Origin: Eledone cirrhosa
Lineage: Eukaryota
DNA: 64,000 nt
Direction: 5' to 3'
NCBI GenBank assembly: GCA_964016885.1
Contig: OZ024743.1
Coordinates: 257,486,001-257,550,000 of the forward strand
Shown: one piece after another, positions 12,401-25,590 of the stretch
Layout: every line of letters starts with the position of its first letter
How positions within the stretch are numbered: position 1 is the first letter of the stretch
Program-made: the position numbers and the translations under genes
Notes under the pieces: generated by a model
Database searches by the model: none
Told to the model about the DNA's origin: nothing
The model's input: only the letters and a program-made list of their open reading frames with translations

Positions 12401-13969
12401 AGGTAGCCATCATGGCCTATAGCATCTCAGGGGATTTTGGCGAAATAAACCAATACGAGTAACTATATGAGACAAAGCGAAATGTTAGGATTTCGAAGGG
12501 AATACATGACTTCGTAGAGACAGTTAGAGAGTTTCTGGATAGACATAGAAGCTACTTTAACTTGAAGGCCTCGAATTTGGGATTGATAGTAAGAATAGTA
12601 ATATATATTTTATTAAATTAGATGTAATTTGCTTGCAATTGTCATGCATATTGAAGTGTAAAGACCTTTTCCGAACGATATTTTTAAAAAGTCCTTTTTT
12701 TTTTCAATTGGAAACATTCTTGTACAGAATGAGACGTATGTATCAACACATATAGTCAACAATATAAAGAGCTTAAAGAAATACGGCAATGTATTTTATC
12801 TGATCCTTTAACAATTCTTCCACCATTCGAAAGCTTCAACTACTGAATTTCTAAAATAACAATGAAAAATTTAGCAGATCAATAAATTAATAAAATAAGT
12901 TCCAGACTTGAAAAAAAAAAATAGTGTGTTTAATTTTCATTGAATAAATGCCTTTCTTTGTGGTGCCCAGCATAGCCTCAGTTCAATGACTAAAACCAGT
13001 AAAAGAATAGAACGAAAAAATATTAAATTAATGAAAAGAAGGCAACAAGAGGTTTTAAAAATAGAATGACATAGATAGCTGTACTGAAGACAGAATGATA
13101 GAGTCAGATCTAAATGGAGGGGATGTGAGAGAGAAGAAGAAGCAGAGGAATAGGTGGAAGAGAGAGGCTAGGATGAAAGGAAGAGGATGTGGAAGAAAGA
13201 TAGAATTGAATGGAGGTTGTAGAGAGAGAAAATAGAAAGGAAGAGGTGGTAGAGAGAGAAAATAGAAACGTGGAAGAGAGATGGTTTGAAGAATGGAGGA
13301 GAAAGTAATGGAGAATGAGGTGTGATTGTATTATATGAAGAGAAAAAAAAAGAAAGGTGTGTGTTGATGAAAGAAAATAGAACAATGTTGATGAAAGAAA
13401 ATAGAAAAGTCAACACAATGAAGGAAGGGGAAAATAGCTTCTTCAATCAAAAGCAGAAAAAGAGAACTTGTGAAGAGAAGCAACAGAAATATAATAAATG
13501 GATTGGGAAGAAAAGAAGAATCAGCCATTTTGAAAACAGCAGAAGACATGTGGCCTAAAAGAACAGAAAAGAATGGTGCAAGCGAAAAAGATATTCAACA
13601 AGGAATTTCATTGAAAAAAGTAATGAAATAAATAAATAATGTGTGAATATGAATTTAATATAAATGAAATAGTCTTGATGTATTTTGTATTCAAATTTAT
13701 TTATAATAATCACTGAATTATTTTTCAGGTAGCTTTTTGATTTTTTTTAAATTTCATTTACTGCACCTTTTTAAAAAATGTTGTTTTTTTTCTGTCTTTA
13801 TATGTCTATGTATGTTTTTTGTGTGTCTGTAAATCGAAGGCTTCAAAAGAGCAGGATGTAAGCTTACATGGTGCGGATGTGAGCGGCTGAAACTGTGAAG
13901 GAAGAAGTAAATAGTCTTCCGCTTTTTGACAGTTGTTTACAAATAATATTGGTGGTACAGATCTCTGAC

Positions 13970-14121
<152 letters not shown>

Positions 14122-14271
14122 CCCACATGCAAATATATATGTATGAATGTATATCTATGTATTTCTATGCATATGTATATTTATGTATGTTTATGCATAT
14201 GTATATATATATATGTATGTATGTATATGTACCTATATACATGTGTGTGTGTGTATATATATATGTGTATA

Positions 14272-14316
<45 letters not shown>

Positions 14317-14366
14317 GAAAAGTATGGAAATTGTTGTAGCGAGAAGCTAACAGTATTCCATAACAT

Positions 14367-14700
14367 ATATATATAGAGAAATGGCAATTTCTGTCTGTCT
14401 GTGTATCTGTGTATGACCAGTTGGCGCCTACATCAATGATTCGATCCTGATGAAACTTTACATACATGTTAAGCTAATATTCAGAAACAGGACTTCAATA
14501 AAAATCAATAATGGAACCCTGAGGACATCTTTAATTTGGAGGAGGAAAGAAAAGACGTTTCAGTGCGAGTGGGAGAAGAAGAGATACTACTACTGTATGT
14601 TAAACCCTCCCTTCCACTACTCCCCTTTCTCCTCCCACAACTCAGTCCTCCAAAATGAGGCAACAACGTATTAGAAAAATACATAAAGAAATTTCAAACA
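14367..14700 (+). mobile_element. Probable Helitron 5' fragment
   Basis: tatatatagagaaatggc..ctgtctgtctgtgt..atcctgatgaaacttt resembles Helitron 5' ends; no 3' CTAG identified. Confidence 0.4.
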
Positions 14701-14759
14701 AAGCAGATGACAATCTGATTTTGATTTACGACTGAACAGATGTCTCTGTATATATATAT

Positions 14760-15672
14760 CTGTAGAAACAGTAGACAGCTTCTGCTACCTAGGTGACCGA
14801 ATTAGCAGCGGAGGTTGGTGTTCGGAAAGTACAATAACTAGGGTAAGAACGGGATGGAAGAAGTTCAGGGAGTTACTGCCACTGCTTGCTGCAAAAGGCT
14901 TTTCCCTCAAAATGAAAGGCAGACTGTATGATGAGTGTATACGAACAGCAATGTTACATGGTAGTGAGACCTGGGCGCTGTCTGTGGAAGATTTGCGTAG
15001 ATTAGAAAGAAACGAAGCTTGCATGCTCCGATGGATGTGTAATAGTAATATACGCAAACGGCAAAGCATAAATGAATTGAGAGAGAGACTGAGCATATGA
15101 GGAATCAAATGCTGTGTGCAGGAGAGGCGGTTGCGTTGGTATGGACATGTGATGCGTATGAAGGATGATAGCTGCATAAAATGGTGCAGAGCACTAGAAG
15201 TCGATGGAAACCGCGGAGTGGCGAGACCCAAGAAGACCTGGGATGAGGTTATAAAAGCCGACCTTACCCAATTACACCTCTCAAAGGCGATGGCACACGA
15301 CCGTGACCTCTGGCGTCACGCAGTAATACAGAAGACCTGACCCCCACGGGTACAAGACAAAGCTGAAGCATATAGACAATATTCCCCCACACCCTTCCAC
15401 TGCGAAGTGGTCGTGGAGGTGCTACGGCAATAAAGTACCCAGCCCACACTGTAAAGTGGATGTGTAGGCGCCACGGAAAAAAGCACCCAGCACTCACTGT
15501 AAATGAGGTTGGTGTTAGGAAGGTCATCCAGCTGTTGAAATCAAGCCAAAATCAGTTCCCATATGAACAAAGCATGGTCAGCCGACCGGACACTGCCGAC
15601 AACAGGACAACCCATCTAAGCCATGCTAGCGTGGAAGAACGGACGTAAAACAGTGATGATGATGATGGTGAT
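14760..15672 (+). mobile_element. 5'-truncated RTE LINE
   Basis: Near-identical to 8668-9570 in reverse; TGA stop at ~15098; (GAT)n tail; starts after (TA)n. Confidence 0.9.
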
Positions 15673-15789
15673 GATATATATATATCACATCCACTGATAT
15701 GGATTCTGAACACGTGTGCACGCTTAGATAACATTAAGGTCAATTGCGGGAATCAGTGATAAGTTTCAAAAAAGTGTGATGATCAATGT

Positions 15790-16310
15790 CCTGGAAGTTG
15801 GCTTTCCATGAGATTAGTCTGAAGAATAAAACCCAAATCGTATGTTGACAAATATTCGTACTCCCGGCATGTTTATTGTAACATGTCATCTTTGACAGTA
15901 GAGTTTATTTTGTCGATATTTCATTCTGTCGGATCGTGGGAAGATTAACACGAATTAAGAAGATGTAACTTCTCCCCCATTATTGACACTTTGCAACAGT
16001 GAACGTTACAAGGTCCTCTTTAGGGTCAACACTTCTGATTATTTATCCGACTTATTACGGTGTATTTTCTCGGGTTATGTCTGCTATAGGGGGAAGGGGA
16101 TGGTTTTATTGAATTGCTTCAGTCATTTGAAGGGATTTACAAACAGTGATATACAGGGTGCTTGAACAGTACCTTAATATGTTCACTCGATTTTAATTTC
16201 TTCAATAATTGCGATGACTTCATCAATTGTTCCCTGTTTGTTCTTTGGCGCTAAGGCAGTAAGTTTGCTATTCTTATACATAGGTTTGTTGAATAAGTTC
16301 GATACTCTTC
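15790..16310 (-). pseudogene. Possible very degraded Helitron Pif1-helicase remnant
   Basis: Minus-strand fragments LAPKN, RSVDPKEDL, VTIN and SHG occur in the expected motif order; weak. Confidence 0.25.
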
Positions 16311-16548
16311 AAGCTCAAAATGCTCCGGCTTATTTACTCTGAATGAAGAAAGCTGGATGGACAAAGGACTGATGACTTAAACAGCTATTGATAGTTCCAC
16401 ACAAAAAATTGATCTGCCATAAAAGCACCTAGCAAAGGTTGCTATTGAAAATCCAGTATGGGCACCCAGGGTCACTAGCATTTTCAGGCGCACTCTGGGA
16501 ACTGCGAATAACCCGACATTTCCTGGATTTTACCAGGTACTGCAGCTA

Positions 16549-16593
<45 letters not shown>

Positions 16594-16760
16594 TTTATAG
16601 TTATGTATACACTATATACAACTATAAACAGGAAAGGTCAGTAATTTATTACTACCTTATTATCAATAAGAAAAAAAAGCTCAATGTAAATACATGAGAT
16701 GGTTTACAGAGCCGGAATATAAATTACACAATAATCAAAGCTATGTTCAAATCATTTTAT

Positions 16761-16807
16761 TGCTGATAATCGTTTCTTCCAAACTATCGTTTGGAATCAT
16801 CGGAGCA
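16761..16807 (-). ncRNA. Hammerhead motif, CCGAUGA (U4C) core
   Basis: tgct CCGATGA ttccaaac-gata-gtttggaa GAAA cgatta TC agca. Confidence 0.6.
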
Positions 16808-17400
16808 GTAGCAATGTTTGTACATATAATTAACCTCCTATTCAATGAACAATCATATAGATACATAGATATTAATGTTGTCAACAGTTTCGTATTTACA
16901 AGGTGAAATGGATGCGACATAGATTACAAGAGAATTGTACAATAATTAAAATTACAAATTAAAAATTAAAAATTATAACGGTACAGAGTGGAATGCAAGC
17001 AGCAGAGATTATAAGGTAATAGTATAACAATTAAATAGGCATTAAGGTAGAAAGTTACTCGTAAAATGAGGACACTAGCAGTACATATGCAAGCGTTAAG
17101 AGAGTGAAAATGCATTAGTCATATATAGGAAGAAAACAAGCAATGGTATTACGCATATATAATTTTTTGCAATGCAAAGGTATCACATGAAACAAGCATA
17201 TCAGGCAAAGTTGTTTTTGTATTAAAACTATGGCTTTATGGTGGATGTAGTGTCACTGTTGTTTCTGTAATGTTCAAATGTATATGTGCTGAGAGTATCA
17301 GAGTACCCTTGTAAATACGAAACTGTTGACAACATTAATATCGATGTATCTATATGATTGTTCAGTTGAATAGGTTAATTATATGTAAAAACATTGCTAC

Positions 17401-17447
17401 TGCTCCGATGATTCCAAACGATAGTTTGGAAGAAACGATTGTCAGAA
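17401..17447 (+). ncRNA. Hammerhead motif, CCGAUGA (U4C) core
   Basis: tgct CCGATGA ttccaaac-gata-gtttggaa GAAA cgattg TC aga. Confidence 0.6.
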
Positions 17448-17483
17448 ATAAAATGATTTGAACACAGCTTTGATTATTGTGTA

Positions 17484-17520
<37 letters not shown>

Positions 17521-17521
17521 A

Positions 17522-17587
<66 letters not shown>

Positions 17588-17814
17588 ATTTATATATATA
17601 TATATATACAGAAATATATAGGTATACTTATACATATACTTATACATATATATGTATAAGTATATGAGTTTATTTATATGTGTGTGTATGTATATATGTA
17701 CATATATGTATATATGTGTATATATATATATGTGCGTGTGTATGTGTTTGGGTGTTTAGACATGGCCAATACTGTCCAAAACCTATCAAAGCTATCAAAG
17801 TTATGTGTGTGTCA

Positions 17815-18140
17815 TCATTTCATTATCATCATTTCATTTTACGTCCGCTTTTTCCCTGCTTGCAAGGATGGGACGGGAATTGATTCTGGCTTGATTTCTA
17901 CAGCTGGATCTCCTTCCTAACACCAACCTCATTTACAGTGAGTGCTGGGTGCTTTTTCGCCGTGGCACCTCCACGACCACTTTACAGTGGAATGATATGG
18001 ACTCCAGTCCCTATCTCTCATTTCTACAGCTGAGTAAACTGGATCAATGTGAAATAAAAGAAGCAACACATCACTCTGAGAATTGAACTCACAACCTTTC
18101 GATTGCAAGGCCAATGCTCTAACCACTAAGCCATGTGCCT

Positions 18141-18142
<2 letters not shown>
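17815..18142 (-). mobile_element. tRNA-derived SINE with RTE-like 3' tail
   Basis: Minus-strand A box TGGCTTAGTGG and B box GTTCAATTC; body shares gttggtgttaggaagg..atccagctgtagaa and the tail with the local RTE; partial copy at ~45500-45667. Confidence 0.75.
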
Positions 18143-18192
<50 letters not shown>

Positions 18193-18202
18193 ATATGTGT
18201 GT

Positions 18203-18248
<46 letters not shown>

Positions 18249-18359
18249 ATATATGTGTGTGTGTGTGTATATATATATATGGATACATATATATATATAT
18301 GTATATATGTGTGCATGTATATATATATATATATATATGTGTGTTTGTGTGTATATATA

Positions 18360-18398
<39 letters not shown>

Positions 18399-18775
18399 TA
18401 AAATAACAGATTTATCCTTATCGAGCCTTCTTTGGATTTTAGTCTTCAAATTTACTATTATTACTATATATATATTCTTACATGAATATATATTAGGCTT
18501 CTACATAAACTGGAAACATTCTCCCAAACTTGTAGAAACTTATAATGAAACAATTGTTTGGAAAGAGAGATATACTTTAACTTTAATTATATCTCATAAA
18601 ATAATGCAACTGGTTTTTCCACATTATACATATTGTTAGCACCCCAAACACTTAAATTAGGTCTATATTTTAATATAACCTAATGTTTATTGAGTGAGAT
18701 GGTAACCAGTCAGAGTTTAGCTTTAAACTATCTCTGTTATTGTATTAAATATATATATATATATATATATATATT

Positions 18776-19925
18776 TATTAAAATAACAGATTAAAGTTTA
18801 AGCAAAGAATCGCTGCTTTCACCCTTAACGGAATCTTATATATTTGATATATATTTATCCTTATCGAGCCCTCTTTGGATTTTAGTCTTCAAATTTATTA
18901 TTATTACTATATATATATATATATTTGAATTTGTTTTGCAAGCTTTCATATCTGAAAACATGTGTTGAAACAGATACTGTTATACTTTGGGAAGGTCATG
19001 CAGCCCCAAAAGAACACATGCACTTGTTGGTTTTCACTGCAATTTATTACAAAATATTTGTTGGTTGTTTGGTTGTTTCAATAAATGGATGGTTGTTTAT
19101 TTTTTGTGAAAGCTCTTTTATCTCACATTCTGTGACCTCCTCAGTGACTGATTTGTTATTTTGTGTCTCTCATTTGTTCTGTCCTATACCATCTTGTTTA
19201 TGTGTCTTACCTGCTTCATACTTGGTTTACGCATGCGTTATATTCGTGTGTGTGTGTTTGTTTTTATTTATTTATATGTTTATTTATTTGTCACTAATTG
19301 GTTGCTTTGTTTTATTAGTTTGGTTCTTGTGTGTCTCTGTATGTCTTTATCTTGTCCTTAATTAATAGCTGTGATGTTGTTGCTATTCCACTCATATTTT
19401 CTGTTTAATTTTGGTTGGAGTTCGTTTATGTTTGTTGCTTCTGTAATCTATCATAGCTTTGCATCTTTTCTGTGTGTGGATATGATTTTTACTTTATATT
19501 CTCTGGAGTGCTGCCATGTTCCATTTTGGCATGTTGGTGGAATACTGATGAGTTCTTCCTATCTTGGAGTTCTCACCAGTTTTCATTTACTCTTTCTCCT
19601 ATGCTATAGGCTGCCTCACCTATGTAAGTTGTGTTCTTATTCCTACACTGTACCTCAGTACATCTTATGCTATATACTACGTTCCTAGTTTTGCAGTTAG
19701 TTTGCAGGCTTAATTTGCAGTTGAAGCATTTCTTATCAGTGCAGGTTTTTTTTTTAAGGATTTGTTCTGCTAATTAAGGCTTTTATGGTCTTTCACCTAT
19801 CTGAATATTTAATTTTTGTTTGTTCAGAGCCCTTCTGAATCTGTAAGTTAGTTCGCATTTGTGGGTTGCATTGATAAACATTACACTCTGGTATCATACC
19901 ATGAGTTTATTTCATCTTCTTCTTA
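18776..19925 (-). mobile_element. Degraded 3' part of a second PLE family (GIY-YIG region + 3'UTR/pLTR)
   Basis: Homologous to 44175-45165; the 18776-18910 repeat recurs at 18397-18468 and inverted at 45688-45820. Confidence 0.75.
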
Positions 19926-20126
19926 ATTCTTTCTATGTTTTTTCCAAAATTTGGTCCTATATATGTGTGTATGTATATATATATATATATGTATGTGTGT
20001 GTATATATATATATATGTATGTGTGTGTATATATATATATATGAATGTATATATATATATATATATATGAATGTATATATATATATATATATATATGAAT
20101 GTATATATATATATATATATACATTC

Positions 20127-20161
<35 letters not shown>

Positions 20162-20190
20162 TATATATATATATATATATTTATATACAT

Positions 20191-20224
<34 letters not shown>

Positions 20225-20859
20225 CACAGACACATATTCAAAGAATGTACATGAAGAATTTTGCAAACCTGACTGTGGTCTCACCTTCCTTGCAACCGGA
20301 ATTAGGTAACCCAGTGCCTTCCATTATTATAACCAGTTGGAAGTACACAGTTTTCAAAAACCTTGTAAAATGCATCAATCTTGTAATATATATGTTCCAT
20401 TACCTGTGTAATTAAGGTGATAAAATCTATATAGGAAATACATCCCCCTACACACACTATTACATATTCAATCTATTTCAATTGAATGTTATTTATTCCC
20501 TCTCTTTTTAAAATGAATCATCATACTTTGAATCTTGCAATGCATTATCATGCAAATATGAAAAACAAATATATTTCATATATTAGAAAATACAATGATA
20601 ATACAAATTAAGAAAACTCATAAGATGTAAGAACGTATAAAATAGATAACATGTATAAAAGAAAACATCTATAATCTTTTTTATATATTCATACACACAC
20701 TACGATCATACACACACACAAACATACATATATATACATATATATATATTTATATACATACACACACAGTACAATGAAAACTGAGACTGAATACAATTTT
20801 TACAAAATGTAATATATATATATAATATAAGATCAAAAGATGGTTAAAAGAGTTCCAAG

Positions 20860-20930
20860 TATTTTATTATGCGCATTTCAAAAACAAATATCATCATGAG
20901 ATGATATTTGCGTTGTCATCAGATAAAATA
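20860..20930 (-). ncRNA. Hammerhead ribozyme, canonical core
   Basis: tattttat CTGATGA ..caaatatcat..atgatatttg.. GAAA tgcgca TA ataaaata; 8-bp stem I, palindromic stem III. Confidence 0.75.
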
Positions 20931-21014
20931 GGGAGACATGATATGAAGCTTAAAAACACCTGCGAGCAGTGAAGTGTTAAATCAACATATGCTTATATGC
21001 AACATATGTTAAAT

Positions 21015-21079
<65 letters not shown>

Positions 21080-21081
<2 letters not shown>

Positions 21082-24000
21082 GTAGGAATGATGTTCACCA
21101 TCTGTTCGATAATAACTTTATTCACTAATGGGTCGTTCTTTGTACGAATAAAGTTTCTAATATAGGCGTCGTTTCCAACTCTAAGCCAATCTGGTAGGGA
21201 AAATCCTAAGGAACCCTTTCGATCGAATCTAAATAGGCGGTTATGGGGTGTCTCATTAGTCGCTGTACAGAGAAGTGATCGTTGCGAGGCAAGAACTTCT
21301 GGTATGATATCTTCCCACTTAGTTTCTTTAAGTTTGCGCGAGTTAATTATGCATTGAATTCCTTTCCAGAGGACTCCGTTGTAGCGCTCGTTTTGGCCAT
21401 TTCCTTGTGGATGGTACGGCGAAGTGCGCGTGTGGGATATACCATTGGGCAAGCAGAAATGGTCGAATTCTTTGGAGAGAAACTGAGTTCCTCGATCGGA
21501 GTGTATGAATGAGGGAGCTCCGAATATTGAGAAGATTTGTTTGAGACAGTTAATGACAGTGTTTGAGGTGATGTCACGCATACCGAAAGCAAAAGGGAAT
21601 CTGCTGAATTCGTCTACTGCAGTCAATAAGTATATGTTTCCTGCTTTTGAAGATTTTGGTATTGGTCCCACGATATCGATTGACAGACGTTCGAACGGCC
21701 TTGTTGATTTAATGAGTTTAGCAGATGGAGGCTTGAAGAATTTTGGCTTGCACTCCAAACATGATACGCAGTTTTTGACGACGTCACGGATTTCGTCTAC
21801 GGAAAAGGGCAGGTTATGGCGTCGGATATAATCGTAAAATCTAGTTACTCCTGGGTGTGCTAGTTGGTCGTGGAGTACTTTTAAATCACAGGGTGGCGAT
21901 ATAGCTGCAGCGATTCTTGAAAGACAATCGGCTTGGGTAGTCGGGTTTGTAGTCAATGTCAAATTGATGCTCTGATAGTTCTAAACGCCAGCGAGATATT
22001 TTATCATTTTTGATTCGTGATTTATTACTCGAGAAAATGAAGGCGACTGATTTTTGGTCAGTCCGTATAATCGTATGAAAACACTTAACGTATTGCGACC
22101 ATCTCCATACAGCTTCAATAATAGCCATAGCTTCTCGCTCCACAGTTGAATGTCTTTTCTCGGACGGTGTAAGTGTTCTCGACAGGAAGGCCACGGGCCG
22201 TTCGTTTTGAGAAAGTATAGCTCCGATTGCATCGCCAGACGCTTCTGTTTCTATTACCAATGCGTGGCTAGTTTTAAGAGGAATGCTAAGAGCGGCATTA
22301 GAGATATCTGCTTTCATGGCTTGTATTACATCTGTAGCTACTTTATTCAGCGGGAACGAGTCAGCTTGTAATAGTGGTTGGATTTTCTTCGAGTAATCGG
22401 CAATCCACCTAGCATTATAGGCTAGGAATCCAAGGAATCGTTTCAGTTATTGTTTGTTTGTTGGGATTGGGTAGTCTAGTAGGGTTTTGATGCGTTCCTT
22501 ATCGGGTTTCTTTACTCCGTTCTGAATGTTATAACCTAGTATAGATATACTCGTTTGGCAGATTTTACTCTTATCCGAGTTAAGAGTTAGGTTTTCTGTC
22601 TTCACGGCGTTTAAGAATGCTTCCACATTTCTATCATGTTCAGCTTTGGTATTTCCCGTGACTATGACGTTGTCAATATAGGCATAGGTTTTGAGTAAGT
22701 TATATTTCTCTATAACTTGATCCATAATTCTCTGAAAAACAGGTACAGCGTTAGTCACGCCGAAAGGTAAGCGGCAGAATTGGTAGAGTTTGTGATTAGC
22801 CTGAAATGCCGTTAGAGGTTTGTCGATTTTTCTTAAAAGTACTTGGAGATACGCTGATTTGAGGTCGAATTCTGAAAAATATTTATCCTGTGTCACTTTG
22901 TTAACAACATCCTCAATGTCGGGGGATGGATAGGCATCCAATTGTGTATACTTATTAATTGTCTGGGAGTAGTCTACCACGAGTCGAGATTTCTTTCCGT
23001 GTACTATGAAGCACTGAGCTCGCCAAGGTGAAATTGATTCCTCAATGATACCGGCTTCTAGGAGGCGAGTTATTTCGGACTTAATAAAATTGTCGTCTCT
23101 CTTGTTAATGAAACGTCCCTTAGTGGCAATCGGCTTGATATTTGTCTCGGCTAAATCGTGGAAGACAAGGGGCGGATTAACTTCTATTGTCGGAAAAGTA
23201 CAGCATAGTTGATTTGAAAATTTCATGGGAGGCCGGGCACCGCCAAGGTGGAGAATAATAGAGTTATGCTGGGTGAGGACATCCATTCCGATAATGACGT
23301 CTGTGACAAGACTTTTTGCAGTGATTAGGTTCACAGATTATTCCTCGCTGTAGATACATATTGGTATGGATGTAGTACCAGACGTCATTAATATTTTATT
23401 GTCGGCTAGTGTGATTGCCCGTTTTTCTTGTTTTACGCTCAAGTTTAATTCAGTTGCTATGCTATGACGTATAAACGAATCTGTGGAACCAGGATCGATT
23501 AAGGCCTTTAGTGTGGTGTCTTTTATAGTTATCGGGCAGAGAATAGCTTTAGACAGTTTGCCGGTATTTAATGAACATATAAGTGAGGCTGCTTGCTTAC
23601 TGCTTTGGCAGTCAGATTTACAGACTGATTGCCAGTAGCCGATCTTCCCACAAGAATAGCATATGTCTTTTCTAGCTGGGCATTTATTTCTAGGATGCCT
23701 AGAAAGTCCACAAAAAAAAGCATTTAAATTCACTTTGGGAATTAGCATTTTTCAAGTATTTCAGAAGAGGTTGTTATGATTTTGTAGCTGCTACGGTAGG
23801 TTCTTGAGAGGATGTAGTTGACAGTGTTGATGAATTCAGAGAGACGTCTAGGTTGAATGATTTAGTAAAATCACTGGATAGTTCTATTGCATTTGCCATT
23901 GCTATGCAGTCTTTTAGGTTTGCTTGAGTATCGTCCAGCTCTAGGAGACGTGCTCGTATAGCGTCTGATTGGACTCCTGCTACTAGTGAACCCAGGATTA

Positions 24001-24379
24001 ACATATCTCTGTGGTCTTTAGCTGTGATGGCTTTACAGTTACATTTTTCCACTAAAAGGTTGAGTCTTTTAATAAACTCTCGGACGGTTTCTTCTTGCTT
24101 TTGGCGGCATGTTAGGAGTTAATGTCTGGCATAGAGTATACGACTGGGGGCTAAGAATTGAGTATCCAGGGTGATTAGTGCTTCGTTGAAGTTTTCTGCA
24201 GATTCGAGTAAACTAAATAGGTCGGCCCCAGCTTGTGAACGAAGGTAGGTCAATTTATGGTTGTCCTCTACTATGCCGTTTATGAGTAGGGAATCCACAA
24301 AACACTTCCGCCACCATCGCCATTGCTCGGATGTGGGGTCATTTGGGAATGTTGGGTGTGGAATTTTTAATTGAGCCAT
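21080..24379 (-). pseudogene. gag-pol polyprotein with several stops and frameshifts
   Basis: Consecutive ORFs 24119-24472, 23774-24052, 23338-23748, 22447-23334, 21886-22317, 21009-21962; likely start ATG at 24379 (MAQLKIP). Confidence 0.9.
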
Positions 24380-24491
24380 TGGTATTGAGAATGTAGCAAG
24401 CTTTGAAGGTAGAGTAAGGGTGGAAACGAATACCACAAAACGTCTAGTCTCGGAACGAAACAGTTGTAACAAATATCATATTGAATAAAAT

Positions 24492-24945
24492 TGTTGTGCG
24501 TTCTAATATTGCAAAACTAAAGCTCCAATTCCAAGCTTTTATTCAATATCTAGAATATAAAAACAGTAATTAGTCTTGAAGAAATATAACAATAATATTT
24601 GTAAGAAAAGAAAGATATGCAATAAAACAAAGTTATATTGAGGATAGATGAACTTCATAACAGTATCAGGTGGTACCTAGTGTAAAGTTCGGGTCTCCGA
24701 ATTCAGTGTGAGTCACAAAAATGTCCTGAGGTATAGAGTAGAGAATTCAGTCAATACAATACATGCTTAAGTATAATACGTAGAATTTTGTCGAAATCCG
24801 AATATTCCCGACAAGGAAGCAACATTGGATAGGGTGGGCGGTAGACAAAGCACATAGCAGCCAAAATCCGAATGGTAAGTAGATCAGTTAATCCCATACT
24901 GGCAATAGCTGTACACTGAAGTCAGTGACGCTGTTCAATATTACA
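24492..24945 (-). repeat. Putative 5' LTR of the gypsy element
   Basis: Minus strand TGTAATA...CACAACA termini; AATAAA ~50 nt before the 3' end; no second LTR to confirm the outer boundary. Confidence 0.55.
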
Positions 24946-25165
24946 TCTGGAAGTGCTCAACATTATTGAAGCATTATTTATTTAAGTTTGTTGGTTCACC
25001 ACTGGATAGAATTTGTCATTCCGTATGGTCAATCTTGATGTAATATTATGGAGTAGTGCAGTTCACCCGTCTTCGTTTGTGTAGTTGGTGGTGCTAATAC
25101 GGAGTTAATTATTACAAATAAAATAACAGGAGGCTGGACTGGTGTAAATCCTTGAAAAGTTTATT

Positions 25166-25223
25166 ATACTATGATCATTTCAATGACCGGGTCCCGTATG
25201 AATCCGGTGATATCATCAGGTAT
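25166..25223 (-). ncRNA. Hammerhead ribozyme, canonical core
   Basis: atac CTGATGA tatcaccgg..ccggtcatt GAAA tgatca TA gtat; palindromic stem III. Confidence 0.72.
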
Positions 25224-25590
25224 TCGAAATATAACAAAGGAATATATAAAAAATCCATGGGTCCGAAAATCAGAGACAGACAGGACGACTGACCACATTA
25301 TACTCATACCTTTAAACTCTAGGCTTAGGCATAACTGTTAGCTGTATTATGCCTTCCTCTGCTGGCACGTAAATAAACCCCTCCTGTGTGAATTAATATT
25401 ATTCGTTTGGTATAGACGATGGCCTGTAGAAGCTGGTTGACTTCCCGCTAGCACACCCGGAGCCTATCGCAGCTATGTTCCTAGAGTACTCGAAAAATTA
25501 ATTTCCATTTATTTCGCTAGACGATACCACTCGAAACTGGCTGACACGTGGTTAGGAGGTGCTGGCTGGGATTTACAATCAAGTAAATTG

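Larger units (their letters stand above)
16590..17490. mobile_element. Non-coding PLE-derived element with ~185-bp inverted pseudo-LTRs
   Basis: 16717-16903 is the reverse complement of 17307-17490; each arm carries a hammerhead; flanked by (TA)n. Confidence 0.75.
21080..24945 (-). mobile_element. Ty3/gypsy LTR retrotransposon, disrupted, 3'-truncated in (TA)n
   Basis: Domain order gag - Zn knuckle (CYSCGKIGYWQSVC) - protease (ALIDPGS) - RT (DLKSAY, LPFG, YIDN) - RNase H (ETEAS..PVAF) - integrase (H..H..CxxC, D..D..E). Confidence 0.93.

Noticed and set aside
14447-14458. CTGATGA as a hammerhead core (also ~7276, 16369, 19545, 41756, 63225)
   Set aside because: No properly placed stem II-GAAA-stem III
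18065-18142. tRNA gene (also 27770-27856)
   Set aside because: A/B boxes run into SINE bodies with no complete cloverleaf, so these are SINE heads
18946-18990. CTGAAAA..GAAAcagatactgTT hammerhead-like motif (also minus strand ~48860-48897)
   Set aside because: C3-G8 pair broken and antisense to the associated PLE; not supportable without a consensus
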